IMG/VR virus record: IMGVR_UViG_3300037483_001818
Source of the DNA: a virus
Taxonomy: Duplodnaviria > Heunggongvirae > Uroviricota > Caudoviricetes
Length of the DNA stretch: 64,000 bases
Reading direction: 5' to 3' (one strand)
Shown here: positions 50,180 to 59,825 of the stretch, one piece after another
How the letters are laid out: every line of letters starts with the position of its first letter
How positions within the stretch are numbered: position 1 is the stretch's first letter
Notes under the pieces: generated by a model
What the model saw: only the letters and a program-made list of their open reading frames with translations
Database searches by the model: none
What the model was told of the DNA's origin: nothing
Position numbers and translations under genes: made by a program

Positions 50180-51226
50180 TCACCTGAGCTTCGCGCCGCG
50201 CTGCGCTACGAGTACGGCCTGGAGGCGGGACGAAACGTCAAGCTTACGGAAGATATGGTCGATGTGGGTACGGACTGTGGCCGCGGAGATGAATAGGCGG
50301 CGACCAATCTCGACGTTTGTTCCGCCGTCGCAGAGCGCGCACATGACGCGCACTTCGCTCTTCGTCAAACCCGCCGTCGCGGCCCAGCGCTCAAGCACGT
50401 CCGGCGTTCCGAGGTTCCTCAGGCGAACAAGCACGAAGGGACCTCGAGCATCGGCGTTCTCCAGGAGCGATAGCGCGACGCTAGCGCGGGTGCCGGCGAA
50501 CTCAAGCGTAAGTCCCGTCGTCGTCGCATTCTTGCCCCGGCACAGCGTGCGAGCGGCTTCGGCCAGCAACACGGCGCATGCCCCTGGGTCGAAGTCGCGC
50601 CGGGCCCCGACCGAGCTCCACACGAGCTGACCGTCGGCATCGAGCAGGAGCGTCGACGCGTCCTTCTCCAGAGCCTCGGCAAGTAGTGTCAGTGCATCGA
50701 CGCGGCGGCACGCACGCTCCGCCTCCAACAACCGCTCCGACACCACTTGCAGCGACGGCAACAGGCGACGGAGCGCGCGTACATTCTCCGACGAGAAGTC
50801 TCCCTGCCGACCACTGCGGCCTATTACCAGGCCCAACCCGTCACCTCCAGCGCCGTGTTCACGCGTCTGGAGGACCGCGACGTGCTCGATCTTCCACGGT
50901 CGGTAAAGGTCGGCGTACGCGTGGCTTGCGTGAAACGTCCTGCGCGTAACCAGCCGCGTTGGCAGCATGATCGCCGTTCTCGCCGCGGACTTTGCCTCGT
51001 GCAGCGGGTCGTACGCCGCGTAGGCGCGGCTGTATTCGCTGACGAGTTCCGGCATGTCCGGGGGAGCGTACCCTTCAAGAATGCCGTCTTCACGGCCGAC
51101 GAAGCAGCCGACAACGCAAGCGTCGAACTCCTCGGCTAATGCCGGTAGCATTTCGCGAGCTAGCTGTCGAACATCGACCGCGCGTGCGCTAGCAAGCACT
51201 GCGCGCCCGAACGGCGGCATCGACAT
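50180..51226 (-). CDS. LuxR-family transcriptional regulator
   Basis: GLTKSEVRVMCALCDGGTNVEIGRRLFISAATVRTHIDHIFRKLDVSSR; GAF/PAS-like N-terminus. Confidence 0.9.
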   Translation of the reverse strand: MSMPPFGRAVLASARAVDVRQLAREMLPALAEEFDACVVGCFVGREDGILEGYAPPDMPELVSEYSRAYAAYDPLHEAKSAARTAIMLPTRLVTRRTFHASHAYADLYRPWKIEHVAVLQTREHGAGGDGLGLVIGRSGRQGDFSSENVRALRRLLPSLQVVSERLLEAERACRRVDALTLLAEALEKDASTLLLDADGQLVWSSVGARRDFDPGACAVLLAEAARTLCRGKNATTTGLTLEFAGTRASVALSLLENADARGPFVLVRLRNLGTPDVLERWAATAGLTKSEVRVMCALCDGGTNVEIGRRLFISAATVRTHIDHIFRKLDVSSRLQAVLVAQRGAKLR

Positions 51227-51229
51227 CGG

Positions 51230-51619
51230 CTACTTCATCGGACGGAGCTTGTTCAGCTCGTCGATCGACCTCCAGAACTCGTCGAGCAGCTCACCGTACA
51301 TGGACTGGGCGACGGAGAACATGTCGATCCGAAGCCGCATCAACACCGCCTTCTGGTGTGCGCCGTCCAAGACGACCAGGCGCTGCGGCACGCTGCTTCT
51401 CCGCCAGGACGCCGACGTCTTCGCGTGGCGGAGGTCGTTCAGTTCGTCGATGGACTCCCAGAACGCGTCGAGCAGCTCTCCCCGCAGCGCCCTGGCAGCG
51501 GAGAACAGCTCGCTTCGGAGGCGGCCGACGCTTGCCTTGAGGTAGGGGTGTGGGAAGGCCGTGAAGTCCTCGAAGCTTGGCGTTGATGCGGCAGTCTGTA
51601 CGGGCGGTGGTTCGTGCAT
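51230..51619 (-). CDS. small protein with 62-aa internal repeat
   Basis: GELLD.FW.SIDELN.LR twice; AGGAG SD. Confidence 0.65.
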   Translation of the reverse strand: MHEPPPVQTAASTPSFEDFTAFPHPYLKASVGRLRSELFSAARALRGELLDAFWESIDELNDLRHAKTSASWRRSSVPQRLVVLDGAHQKAVLMRLRIDMFSVAQSMYGELLDEFWRSIDELNKLRPMK

Positions 51620-51695
51620 GTGGTCTCCTCTGACAGGTTTGGATTCTTTACAACCAAAAGGATTGATGTCGGCGTGTGTCGCGAGCGATCAGTGT

Positions 51696-52253
51696 TCAGC
51701 GTCGAATTAGGATGACTTCGCCGCAGTTGAGGCACACGCGCTGGTGCTTCCTGAGTCGGCCGTGCGTGCCAAGGCGGTGCTCGGGGTGCGGGCACGGTGG
51801 AGGCGGAGCGTCGACATCGATCACGGAGCTTGTGGCCTTGGCAGTGATTTCGATGGCAGGTTTCTTCGTCCCGGACGTCTTCCGCTTCCGCGCGCGCTTT
51901 GGCGGCTCGCAGGGGAGCGTGTCCTCGTAGCGCGCGTGCTGGTCGCCATCGATCTCCGGCACCGGCAGCTTGCCGCTCGCGACGAGCAGGCGCACACCGA
52001 TGTTGTTACCGGGACCGAGCTGGTTCGCGAGCCAGCCGGCGCAGGGGAACTCGGCGGCCTGCTTCGAGTAGTGGCACGCCATCATGCGCATCGCGCTCCC
52101 GTTGATCACGGGCATCACAGACTCGATGCCGCTTGCGAGCGTGCACGTTAGACCTTCAGCGAGCTTGCGATCGTAGTTAGGGATGTCCTTATCGGGAACG
52201 CAGCCGACGCGCCACGGGCATGACTTGCATTGTTTGAGGGTTGGTGTCGTCAC
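51696..52253 (-). CDS. DUF6283-like Cys-rich protein
   Basis: CKSCPWR...MACH...CAGWL...NNIGVRL. Confidence 0.7.
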   Translation of the reverse strand: MTTPTLKQCKSCPWRVGCVPDKDIPNYDRKLAEGLTCTLASGIESVMPVINGSAMRMMACHYSKQAAEFPCAGWLANQLGPGNNIGVRLLVASGKLPVPEIDGDQHARYEDTLPCEPPKRARKRKTSGTKKPAIEITAKATSSVIDVDAPPPPCPHPEHRLGTHGRLRKHQRVCLNCGEVILIRR

Positions 52254-52486
52254 GGCAGCGCTTCAACCCCGGCCTTCGTGAGTTCAATCGACCAGCGCTC
52301 GCCATCACGGTTACCGCCGAGCGGGCCGGTCCCATCATCGATGAGCTTGACGAGTCCGAGCGCGGCGAGCTTGCGCGCGACCTTGACCTCGGGGCCGTAG
52401 ATGTAGATGCCGTCGGCCTTGTCGCGGGCCTTGGCCAGGAGCGCGCGTTGAGGTGCGGTGAGGATCTCGCGCGCTGTCTTCAACAT
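52250..52486 (-). CDS. winged-helix-like hypothetical protein
   Basis: ARKLAALGLV...ELTKAG; GAGGAGG SD. Confidence 0.6.
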   Translation of the reverse strand: MLKTAREILTAPQRALLAKARDKADGIYIYGPEVKVARKLAALGLVKLIDDGTGPLGGNRDGERWSIELTKAGVEALP

Positions 52487-52767
52487 GAAGGTTCCTCCTC
52501 TTTTCGAACGGGCCCGTAGCACGGAGCCCAGTCGCGAAGGTGATACGTGGCCCACCAGCGCACGGACGGATCGTCCCACTGGACATTGGGTCGGCAGATG
52601 CCCTCGATCTGAAGCTCCGCAGTGCCGTCACTCTGCGGAACGACGCGTAACACGCGACCCCATTGACCACCGTTGCGGTGCTGCACGAGATCACCGGTGT
52701 TAACGAGCGTCGCGAGGCCGCCGTCGACGCCGAGCGAGGGGCGTAGCCAATCGAACGAGCTGAGCAT
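52480..52767 (-). CDS. hypothetical protein
   Basis: Overlap chain. Confidence 0.55.
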   Translation of the reverse strand: MLSSFDWLRPSLGVDGGLATLVNTGDLVQHRNGGQWGRVLRVVPQSDGTAELQIEGICRPNVQWDDPSVRWWATYHLRDWAPCYGPVRKEEEPSC

Positions 52768-53183
52768 CACTGACCGTCCTTCCATGGGTTGTAGCCAAGC
52801 AGCTCCGCGGCCTTGGTCTGAACGCCCTCGTTGAGGCGCTGAAGAGACGCGTGCGCGTCGGCCACCAGGGCATCCAGCTTGTCGCCGACGGTCTGCTTGA
52901 GCAGCTCGCCAGCCTCGCGGGTGACCATGTCGTCGAGCTGGCGCTGCACCTCGGCCGCGAAGTCGCGGAAGTCTAGCTCGATGCCGTTGATGCTCACGCG
53001 CACGTCATAGACGGGGGCGTCCGCGTTCTTGTCACGCAGTTCGGCCTCGACGGTCCGTAGCACGCGCTCGGACGTACGACTCTTTTCGCTGCGCTTGCTC
53101 GCGATCATGATCATGAGCAGACGCGAATCGGTGACTTCGCGCGTGCTGAGCTTCGAGGTCGGCTCGGTCTTCTTGGTGGTCAC
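52767..53183 (-). CDS. hypothetical protein
   Basis: AAGGAG SD. Confidence 0.65.
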   Translation of the reverse strand: MTTKKTEPTSKLSTREVTDSRLLMIMIASKRSEKSRTSERVLRTVEAELRDKNADAPVYDVRVSINGIELDFRDFAAEVQRQLDDMVTREAGELLKQTVGDKLDALVADAHASLQRLNEGVQTKAAELLGYNPWKDGQ

Positions 53184-53440
53184 TGGGGCTCCTTCGTCGT
53201 GGTCGCCGTGAGGTTTTGTTCGGCACGCTCGACGGCATGTCGGAGCGATCGCACCGACCAGCATTCGACCGTGGCCATCGCGTACGTCGGCGCGTTTTCG
53301 AGCAGACGCTTCGCGCAGGGCAGGCAGATGCTGGATCGGTACTGTCGCGGGGGCCGGCGATACGTCCCGCCACCCGTGCGGCTCGCCGATACGAGCTGCT
53401 TGGAGCGCGATTCGCACTGGCGGCAGACACCCGTGTTCAT
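53180..53440 (-). CDS. CxxC...CxxC hypothetical protein
   Basis: Overlap chain. Confidence 0.55.
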   Translation of the reverse strand: MNTGVCRQCESRSKQLVSASRTGGGTYRRPPRQYRSSICLPCAKRLLENAPTYAMATVECWSVRSLRHAVERAEQNLTATTTKEPQ

Positions 53441-53841
53441 GGAACGCTTGGTCCTTTCCCGTTCAAGAGATCCCACGCGGGCGATCCGTATTCGCGGCAC
53501 CATCGTCCGAGCACGTCGAGATACGGCTGCATGCCCATTGACTGATCGTAGTGCCGCATGCGGATCGTCTGCTCGCCGTTCGGCGCGATGTCGACGAGCG
53601 GCATCTCGTGCAGTGCCGGTCGGCAGTTGGGTCCGAGGAAGAAGTCGACGTAGCCCGGATCGAGGCAACGGCCGGAGGTCTGTTCGAAGCGGCGGGTGAC
53701 GTTGCCGGCCTCGTCGAGAAGCGCGAGCTGGAGGCGCTCACCACGCGGATTACCGTTGGGTCCGAGCGAGAGCACCCAGAGTCCGAGATGACCGTAGCGC
53801 GGCGACGGGCGGCCGGTTGAAGGGAGCGTGCGTGCGGTCAT
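53437..53841 (-). CDS. hypothetical protein
   Basis: Overlap chain. Confidence 0.6.
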   Translation of the reverse strand: MTARTLPSTGRPSPRYGHLGLWVLSLGPNGNPRGERLQLALLDEAGNVTRRFEQTSGRCLDPGYVDFFLGPNCRPALHEMPLVDIAPNGEQTIRMRHYDQSMGMQPYLDVLGRWCREYGSPAWDLLNGKGPSVP

Positions 53842-54049
53842 GGTTGCGGTGCTTTCTCGTCGATCATCGGTACGTAGCAGCCGCTCTGGAGGACGAACTT
53901 CAGGCCGGGCTGTCGGTTCGGAATGTAGCCAAGCGCGCAAAGCTGCCCTCTGCGCTGCATGTCACCAAACCTCTCGCATTCGGTGGGTCCACGATCAAAC
54001 AGAGAGACTTGCTCGGTCGAGTGCGTGCCATCCACACAGCCGCATTTCA

Positions 54050-54814
54050 TCATTTCGACACCGCCGTCCAGCCGGCCGCGATCTGTTCCTTCCACCACGA
54101 GCGCGCGTACGACGTCGGACCGCTGAGCTTGTGCTCGCCGTCGATCATCACCGTCGCGTACTCGCCGCTGCCGCGTTCGCCGCTACACACCATCGCGCGC
54201 TGGCCGAAGGGTCCCGCGAGGCGGCACTCCTTCCACTTGCCCTTGCCGAACATCTGATCGGCGTCAGCGCGCTGCTTACGCTCGCGGTAGTCGATCTTGC
54301 TCGTCGCCTGAAAGAGGAGATGCACCGTGTCGCTGCCGAAGTAGCGCGCGTCGCCGAGCGCCTCGTTGACGCACTCGTGCAGCTCGGTGCGCCAGAGCGC
54401 GTCCCACGTCTCCTCGGCTTCCTGCGACCACGGGACGTAGCCGAGTGCGAGCGCGACCTGGGCCTCGTCGGGCGTGAGATCGCACGTCGCGACGCTCGCG
54501 CCGCCGTGCCCGAGGTCGTACTCGTAGCGACCGGACCGAAGCGCCGCGTCCATGGTGCCGCGGCAGTGCACGACGCGTCCGCCCCAGAAGTGCTCGCAGA
54601 TGCAGTAGTCGCGGTAGTCATTGTAGGTCACCGTGACTGAGTGGCCGTTGTAGTCCGCGTCGGCCGCGAGCATGGCGTACCGAACGCTGCCGGTCGCTGC
54701 CGCCATGCGGTTCACGGCGGCGACGAGCGTGTACGGGCGCGTGGGAAGCCAGTAGCGGCCGGCAGTTGCGGCGGCAGCGCGGAGGTCACGGCGGCTTTTG
54801 GTGTCGGTAATCAC
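54050..54814 (-). CDS. hypothetical protein
   Basis: GTGA overlap. Confidence 0.65.
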   Translation of the reverse strand: MITDTKSRRDLRAAAATAGRYWLPTRPYTLVAAVNRMAAATGSVRYAMLAADADYNGHSVTVTYNDYRDYCICEHFWGGRVVHCRGTMDAALRSGRYEYDLGHGGASVATCDLTPDEAQVALALGYVPWSQEAEETWDALWRTELHECVNEALGDARYFGSDTVHLLFQATSKIDYRERKQRADADQMFGKGKWKECRLAGPFGQRAMVCSGERGSGEYATVMIDGEHKLSGPTSYARSWWKEQIAAGWTAVSK

Positions 54815-55251
54815 GGGTTCCCCGCGGAGGTCGCGGCGGCGACTTCGGTCGTTGGGGGAGCTTCGGGCTTGCCTGCATCGAGCTTCGCAAGCGCTGCCAG
54901 GATCGCCTGCTTTGCTGCGCGCAGGGACGTGAACGCTTTGTCCGATTTGTCCGAGAACAGGCCGCCGACGTACGCGACGGCATCCGCGCCTTCGGTGATC
55001 ACGATGCCGCGGTGCTGGCGCCCCGGACGAGGATCTTGGACGTAGGCAACGTACGAGTTCGGCCGGCTGATGCCTTCGCCGCCGCGACCACCGTAGAAGC
55101 GCGTACGGTCGTACGCGATCTTGACCCACGCGACAGCGGCGTCGGTGTTGAGGTCGTCGTCCTCGTTGCGCTCGCAACCGACGGGGATCAGGTACATATC
55201 CTCGTGCGGATCGTGGCCCTCGCGGAACCACTTGAGCTTCGTCTTCGCCAT
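54811..55251 (-). CDS. hypothetical protein
   Basis: MAKTKLKWF... Confidence 0.65.
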   Translation of the reverse strand: MAKTKLKWFREGHDPHEDMYLIPVGCERNEDDDLNTDAAVAWVKIAYDRTRFYGGRGGEGISRPNSYVAYVQDPRPGRQHRGIVITEGADAVAYVGGLFSDKSDKAFTSLRAAKQAILAALAKLDAGKPEAPPTTEVAAATSAGNP

Positions 55252-55487
55252 GTCCCCAAGTAGAGCAGGGACCGTGCCTGCGCCCAGGCGCGCTAAGTCC
55301 AAGATTTCTCCAGGCTGGGTAGTGCGATACCCGTCTCCGATCTTTCGGAGCTCGTGGCCCTCCAGATACAGGGTAGCGATCTACCCAGGGATGCTAGCTC
55401 TGCGAAGTCGTAGGGGATCCGACGTGCCAGGTCGCGCGCACTTCCGACGTGTGAGGTCGTGGAATGCCGGCTGCACTCAGGTCGGGC

Positions 55488-55694
55488 ATGCACAACGAGA
55501 AGCAAGACGAGAAGCGCTACGTCCTGGTCATCAAGAACAAGCGGGTCGCCTATGGACCCTTCGATACGCTCGAGAACGCGGAGTATGCCGCGATGGACTA
55601 CTACGGCACGGCGGTGACTGGGGCATCCGCGAGGGACGAGTTCATGATCGTCGAGCTGCGATCGGACGCTCCACGAGAAGGCGCTTGGAAGTAG
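55488..55694 (+). CDS. hypothetical protein
   Basis: AYGPFDTLENAEYAA motif. Confidence 0.55.
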   Translation: MHNEKQDEKRYVLVIKNKRVAYGPFDTLENAEYAAMDYYGTAVTGASARDEFMIVELRSDAPREGAWK

Positions 55695-55778
55695 GAGCGG
55701 CGCCGTGAGGATCACCGCACGTCTCTGGCAACGCCTACAAACTTCTGTTTTGTCCCACGAACCGGTAAGGTTAAGGCC

Positions 55779-56273
55779 ATGCGTACCTCGACGAAGATCC
55801 CCGGCTTTCGCTCCGTCGGTACCACCGGGGAGCCCGCGTTTGTCACGCTCGACATGCGTGTTCGGATTCGCCAGGTGAGCCCGCGAAAATGGGCCGTGCA
55901 GAGCAGCGGTGGCAGAGCGTTCGAGGTTAGTGGCCGAGATGCGGCTATCCGCGAAGCACGCCGACTTGCTTTGGAAGTTGCCGCGGAAGATGTTCGTGTG
56001 TTGGAGGCTGGAAAGAAGGCGCTGTCACGTCTGCATGCGACCAAGAAGAAGTCGACCGCGCAGCTCGATCGCGAAATCGCATCCGCGCTCGTCCGTAGCC
56101 AGCGCGGTGATCGCGTGCTCGCGGATCTTACGCGCTGGGGCATCGACCGTGAGCAGCTTGACGAAGTTCGCCAGGCATTCCGTTCAGGCAACCATCGCAA
56201 GGCGATTGCGATTGCGCGCGACCTTGGCTGGAATCGCTCCTCCAAGCGCGGACGTAGCGGCGTCTATCCGTGA
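55779..56273 (+). CDS. hypothetical protein with internal QLDREIASAL tag
   Basis: HATKKKSTAQLDREIASAL; TAAGGT-7 nt-ATG. Confidence 0.7.
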   Translation: MRTSTKIPGFRSVGTTGEPAFVTLDMRVRIRQVSPRKWAVQSSGGRAFEVSGRDAAIREARRLALEVAAEDVRVLEAGKKALSRLHATKKKSTAQLDREIASALVRSQRGDRVLADLTRWGIDREQLDEVRQAFRSGNHRKAIAIARDLGWNRSSKRGRSGVYP

Positions 56274-56283
56274 GGACACGCTT

Positions 56284-56709
56284 GTGACGTCAGCCATGTG
56301 GGAATACATCGCCGCATCTCCATCGCTCGTGATCTTCAAACCGAGCGATCTATCCGCGCGCTACGGAATAACGGCGGACGCCGTCAAGACAGTCGTCCTG
56401 GCCGCGCTGACCGCGGGCCTCCTCAGACCCGTGTACCGCATCGCAAATGCGTCGGTGCTCGATCGGCAAGCGCGTGCGTGGACACCGGAGCTGGTCACAC
56501 TGCGCCGCAAATGGGAAACCACCGACGGTGATGAAGTGGACGGAGCGGATCCGAAGGAGATTGCGATCGCGTTCGAGCGCACGCAGGTAGACAGAGACGT
56601 AACCAAAGAACTTGAAGCCTCAAGGAACTTGGAACCGGACTGCCCCTACGGAGCGGTGGGGGCCGGTAGGTACATGCGTGATGGCAAACGGCTGCCTCCG
56701 CAAAAGTGA
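56284..56709 (+). CDS. hypothetical protein
   Basis: C-terminal part of track ORF 55909-56709. Confidence 0.55.
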   Translation: MTSAMWEYIAASPSLVIFKPSDLSARYGITADAVKTVVLAALTAGLLRPVYRIANASVLDRQARAWTPELVTLRRKWETTDGDEVDGADPKEIAIAFERTQVDRDVTKELEASRNLEPDCPYGAVGAGRYMRDGKRLPPQK

Positions 56710-56749
56710 GTTTGCCCTGATCTCACAAGCTCGCAGTAGGCTCGTGGTC

Positions 56750-56965
56750 ATGGCCATCCTGCACTGGAAAAAAGTAACGGCCGGCGTCTATCACGCGACG
56801 TCACCGTGGGGTCTTTACGTCATCGACGGCAACAACTTTGGCAGGAACCGCTGGACGGTGACCTATCCCAACAGCGATTACGGGATGGCTGACGCCCTTG
56901 CCGAGGCCAAGGCGTGGGCCGAGACGGATGTCGCCGAGCGCGCTGCGCGCGGTAAAGCTACTTGA
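56750..56965 (+). CDS. hypothetical protein
   Basis: TTGCCC...TAGGCT-7 nt-ATG. Confidence 0.6.
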   Translation: MAILHWKKVTAGVYHATSPWGLYVIDGNNFGRNRWTVTYPNSDYGMADALAEAKAWAETDVAERAARGKAT

Positions 56966-57227
56966 TGGGAGACAATTCGGTGCGGATGCGTTGCTCGCGC
57001 ACCGTGTCGTGCAGGGCGATCGCGCACAGCAACCTCTCACGCACGACGTGATCCGCGGTCGCGAACGCGAGATCCTCTAGCTCGTTGAGCGTCAGCACCA
57101 CGGCTGTTGCCGGGCCTCTGCCGGAATGAAGAACCGGATCGTCCGGGCATCCCACACAACGGCCACATGCAGCGCAGCGATCCATCAGCGTGCCTCGGTA
57201 AACGGATCGTCAAGGAACGCCTGCGGC

Positions 57228-57503
57228 TCACGCATGGCGCTGGCGAGTCGCCTCCCGCTCGCGTGCTTCGTTCTCCCAGTCGATCAGCCGCTGCACCGCA
57301 GCTTCGAGGCTGGCGTACTTGTAGTGGCTGTCCCCTTCGGCAGGCACCATGTTCCAGGTAGCAGCCCATTTGCCGGTCGTCGTGGACTTGCAGACCATGC
57401 CGCGCGGGTAGCCGTTTTCTTCGGCGTCGTAGCCGTCCGGCATGATCTTCGTGAGCGTGTAGCCCAGGACGGTGATTCGATCCTTACGGTCTTTGCGTGG
57501 CAT
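57228..57503 (-). CDS. hypothetical protein
   Basis: GGAG SD. Confidence 0.55.
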   Translation of the reverse strand: MPRKDRKDRITVLGYTLTKIMPDGYDAEENGYPRGMVCKSTTTGKWAATWNMVPAEGDSHYKYASLEAAVQRLIDWENEAREREATRQRHA

Positions 57504-57696
57504 GCGTCTCCAGATTTTGTTTAGCGCCGCGCCCAAGAGGCTTTGGCGTGGCCGATCGGATACGGATCGAATGGATAGAACTCACGTTTGGTGCTCACCA
57601 GCACCCCATCATCGCATTCGCGCCACAAGCACCGGTCACCCGGTTTGCCAGGATCGAATGCCCAGGGGCGTCGTTCGCACTTGTTGCAGATCCGGT

Positions 57697-58095
57697 TCAT
57701 CGCGGCGCCTTCATTCTGCGCAGGTGCTGCTCGACCCATGCGCGTGCTTCATCGTGCCGGCGATACGTCTCGCCCGCCTCGTGCCGGTAGAGGCGTTCGT
57801 CAGTGTGCGCCATGAGCTTTGCGGGCTTGTCGCCGGGTGGGATCACGACCTCGAGCGCGTCGGCGGGCCAGATCTCCAGAACCAGGCCGACGCGTCCCTT
57901 GCCGATCCGTCGGAAGCGCGTGCCGGCGACACGACTGTCGGTGCTCGTTCGCACGCGTTCGGCACGCGCCGCGACCAGCCGCCCTTGGTCGTCGACGAGC
58001 TTGTTGGTGTTGATCCATGCCGCGAGCTGGCGATGGTTGCGCGTCGGCGGCAGCTTCACGCTAGTCGGCGGCATGTTAGTTCGCACCGTCGTCAT
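57697..58095 (-). CDS. hypothetical protein
   Basis: ORF in chain. Confidence 0.55.
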   Translation of the reverse strand: MTTVRTNMPPTSVKLPPTRNHRQLAAWINTNKLVDDQGRLVAARAERVRTSTDSRVAGTRFRRIGKGRVGLVLEIWPADALEVVIPPGDKPAKLMAHTDERLYRHEAGETYRRHDEARAWVEQHLRRMKAPR

Positions 58096-58447
58096 CGGCC
58101 TTCGTGGGAGTCTTCGTGGCGACGTTGTCGGCAGGCACATCAAATGAGATCTTGATGCGCTGACGACCGACCTCGATCACATCGCCAGGGCGCAGCTGAA
58201 TGCGCCGTACCTTCACGCCATTGACGCGTGTTCCGAGTGGTGAGCCTAGGTCGACGAGGAGAATGCCCTCGTATGTCACGTCGATGACCGCGTGCATGCG
58301 CGCGACCTGATCGTCATGTTCGAAGCGCAGATCTGCGCTGGCGACACGACCGATCTTGATCGCTGTCGCCGACAATGGGCGCGGTTCGGATTTGAACGTC
58401 AGCACACGCGCGACCTTGTCATCCTTGTAGATCTCGAACGTAATCAT
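58076..58447 (-). CDS. FHA domain protein
   Basis: IKIGR...DL...VARMHAVI...LVDLGSPLGTRVNG...LRPGDVIEVG. Confidence 0.9.
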   Translation of the reverse strand: MITFEIYKDDKVARVLTFKSEPRPLSATAIKIGRVASADLRFEHDDQVARMHAVIDVTYEGILLVDLGSPLGTRVNGVKVRRIQLRPGDVIEVGRQRIKISFDVPADNVATKTPTKADDDGAN

Positions 58448-58454
58448 GCGTCCC

Positions 58455-58919
58455 TCACGATGCCGGCTCCTCCAAGATCACGTGATCACCATTGAACACC
58501 GGCGAGTCAGCGGGGATCACTTCAGCGCCGTGGCTGCCTCCGAGTAGATCCTTACTGCGGAGACCAAGCGTCTGCATCCAGCCACGTATGAGCCGGCGAA
58601 AGGCCTTTCCCTTGCCGTCGTATCGGGCTCGCGCGAGGAAGAAGTTCTCGTTGCGTCCCGAGGGCGTCTTGATGTCGCGGCGGAGGATCACGACGAAGCC
58701 CGCTACGATGTTGGCGCCCGTTGCAGCTTCATTCGCGGATCGAATCCAGTACATGGCGCCGTGCTTCGCATCGTACCGCTTGTTGATCACGCCAGCCGCG
58801 GCGAGCTTCTCCGCGACGTTTTCGTCCGTCCCGTACACCACGTGCGCCTTGTCTCGCGAGAACGCTGCGTTCGCGCTTAGGTGATCGAGTATCTCTCGCT
58901 GGCGGCGGGTGATCGGCAT
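58455..58919 (-). CDS. hypothetical protein
   Basis: ITRRQREILDHL (wHTH-like N-terminus). Confidence 0.6.
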   Translation of the reverse strand: MPITRRQREILDHLSANAAFSRDKAHVVYGTDENVAEKLAAAGVINKRYDAKHGAMYWIRSANEAATGANIVAGFVVILRRDIKTPSGRNENFFLARARYDGKGKAFRRLIRGWMQTLGLRSKDLLGGSHGAEVIPADSPVFNGDHVILEEPAS

Positions 58920-58922
58920 CGG

Positions 58923-59150
58923 TTAGCTCTCAATCGCGCCGATTTTGCGGAGCCAGCGCTTGACCGCCGTGCCGTCCGCGGCCGTTGGGATGCCCTTCAC
59001 GCGAAACACCGCCACCCAACGAGCACCAGAACCGTCAACTTCATTCAATTTCCATCCGCGCGGTAGCGGTTCCGGTCGATCGGTGTCGAATGGATCGGCA
59101 TTGTCGATGCCAAACGCGACTTTGCAATCATCCCACGGAGCTTTGCTCAC
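58923..59150 (-). CDS. hypothetical protein
   Basis: SD upstream. Confidence 0.55.
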   Translation of the reverse strand: MSKAPWDDCKVAFGIDNADPFDTDRPEPLPRGWKLNEVDGSGARWVAVFRVKGIPTAADGTAVKRWLRKIGAIES

Positions 59151-59171
59151 AGTGTCCCCTTTCCTTGCACG

Positions 59172-59435
59172 CTACTTGTCGTCGTCGTCGTCGTCGTCGT
59201 TGTCATCGTCGTCCGGCCCGATCCAGTCTTGCTCGGCCTCGTTCCATGTCACGGGCTCGGTCATGACGTAGAGTCCCGGCTGGCCGGGCTTCATCAACGG
59301 CGCATAGCCCGTCACTGACCGGAAGATTTCGCACAGGTGCGCCGTGTGCTCGTGGCCGATCCGCGTCTCCACATCACCTGCGACGTCCATGTTGGGGAGG
59401 TCGAGGACGAACTCGATTACCACTCGCTGCATCAT
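59172..59435 (-). CDS. hypothetical protein with acidic tail
   Basis: Poly-Asp C-terminus. Confidence 0.55.
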   Translation of the reverse strand: MMQRVVIEFVLDLPNMDVAGDVETRIGHEHTAHLCEIFRSVTGYAPLMKPGQPGLYVMTEPVTWNEAEQDWIGPDDDDNDDDDDDDK

Positions 59436-59522
59436 GATCTGTTCACCTTCCGGGTTCTTTCGTTTCGCCGACCATCGCACGAACAGCGCGCGTCGCGCAG
59501 CCAGCAAGCTGGTGGGCGATCC

Positions 59523-59825
59523 CTACCTCGTCGCTCCCTTCATTTCGGGTGCGACGAGCTGCGCTGCGTACTTGAGCGCGGTCATCAGATCACGGAACTC
59601 ACCGCCGCACATTTTCATCCAGAAACCTGCGCCTTCGCCGCCGTGCTGGTTGACGTAGTAACAGCCGTAGAGGCCAAGCTGCACCGAGTAGCCGGTCGGC
59701 AGACCCGTTGCGTACGACAACTGGATCTCGCTGTCGACGGACTCGTCGCGTGCCTCGATGTACGTTGCTTTGAGGCCGTGCGCAGCTAGAAGTTGGTGGT
59801 GGCGAGACGACAGTGGCGTCGACAT
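59523..59825 (-). CDS. hypothetical protein
   Basis: TGATG overlap. Confidence 0.6.
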   Translation of the reverse strand: MSTPLSSRHHQLLAAHGLKATYIEARDESVDSEIQLSYATGLPTGYSVQLGLYGCYYVNQHGGEGAGFWMKMCGGEFRDLMTALKYAAQLVAPEMKGATR

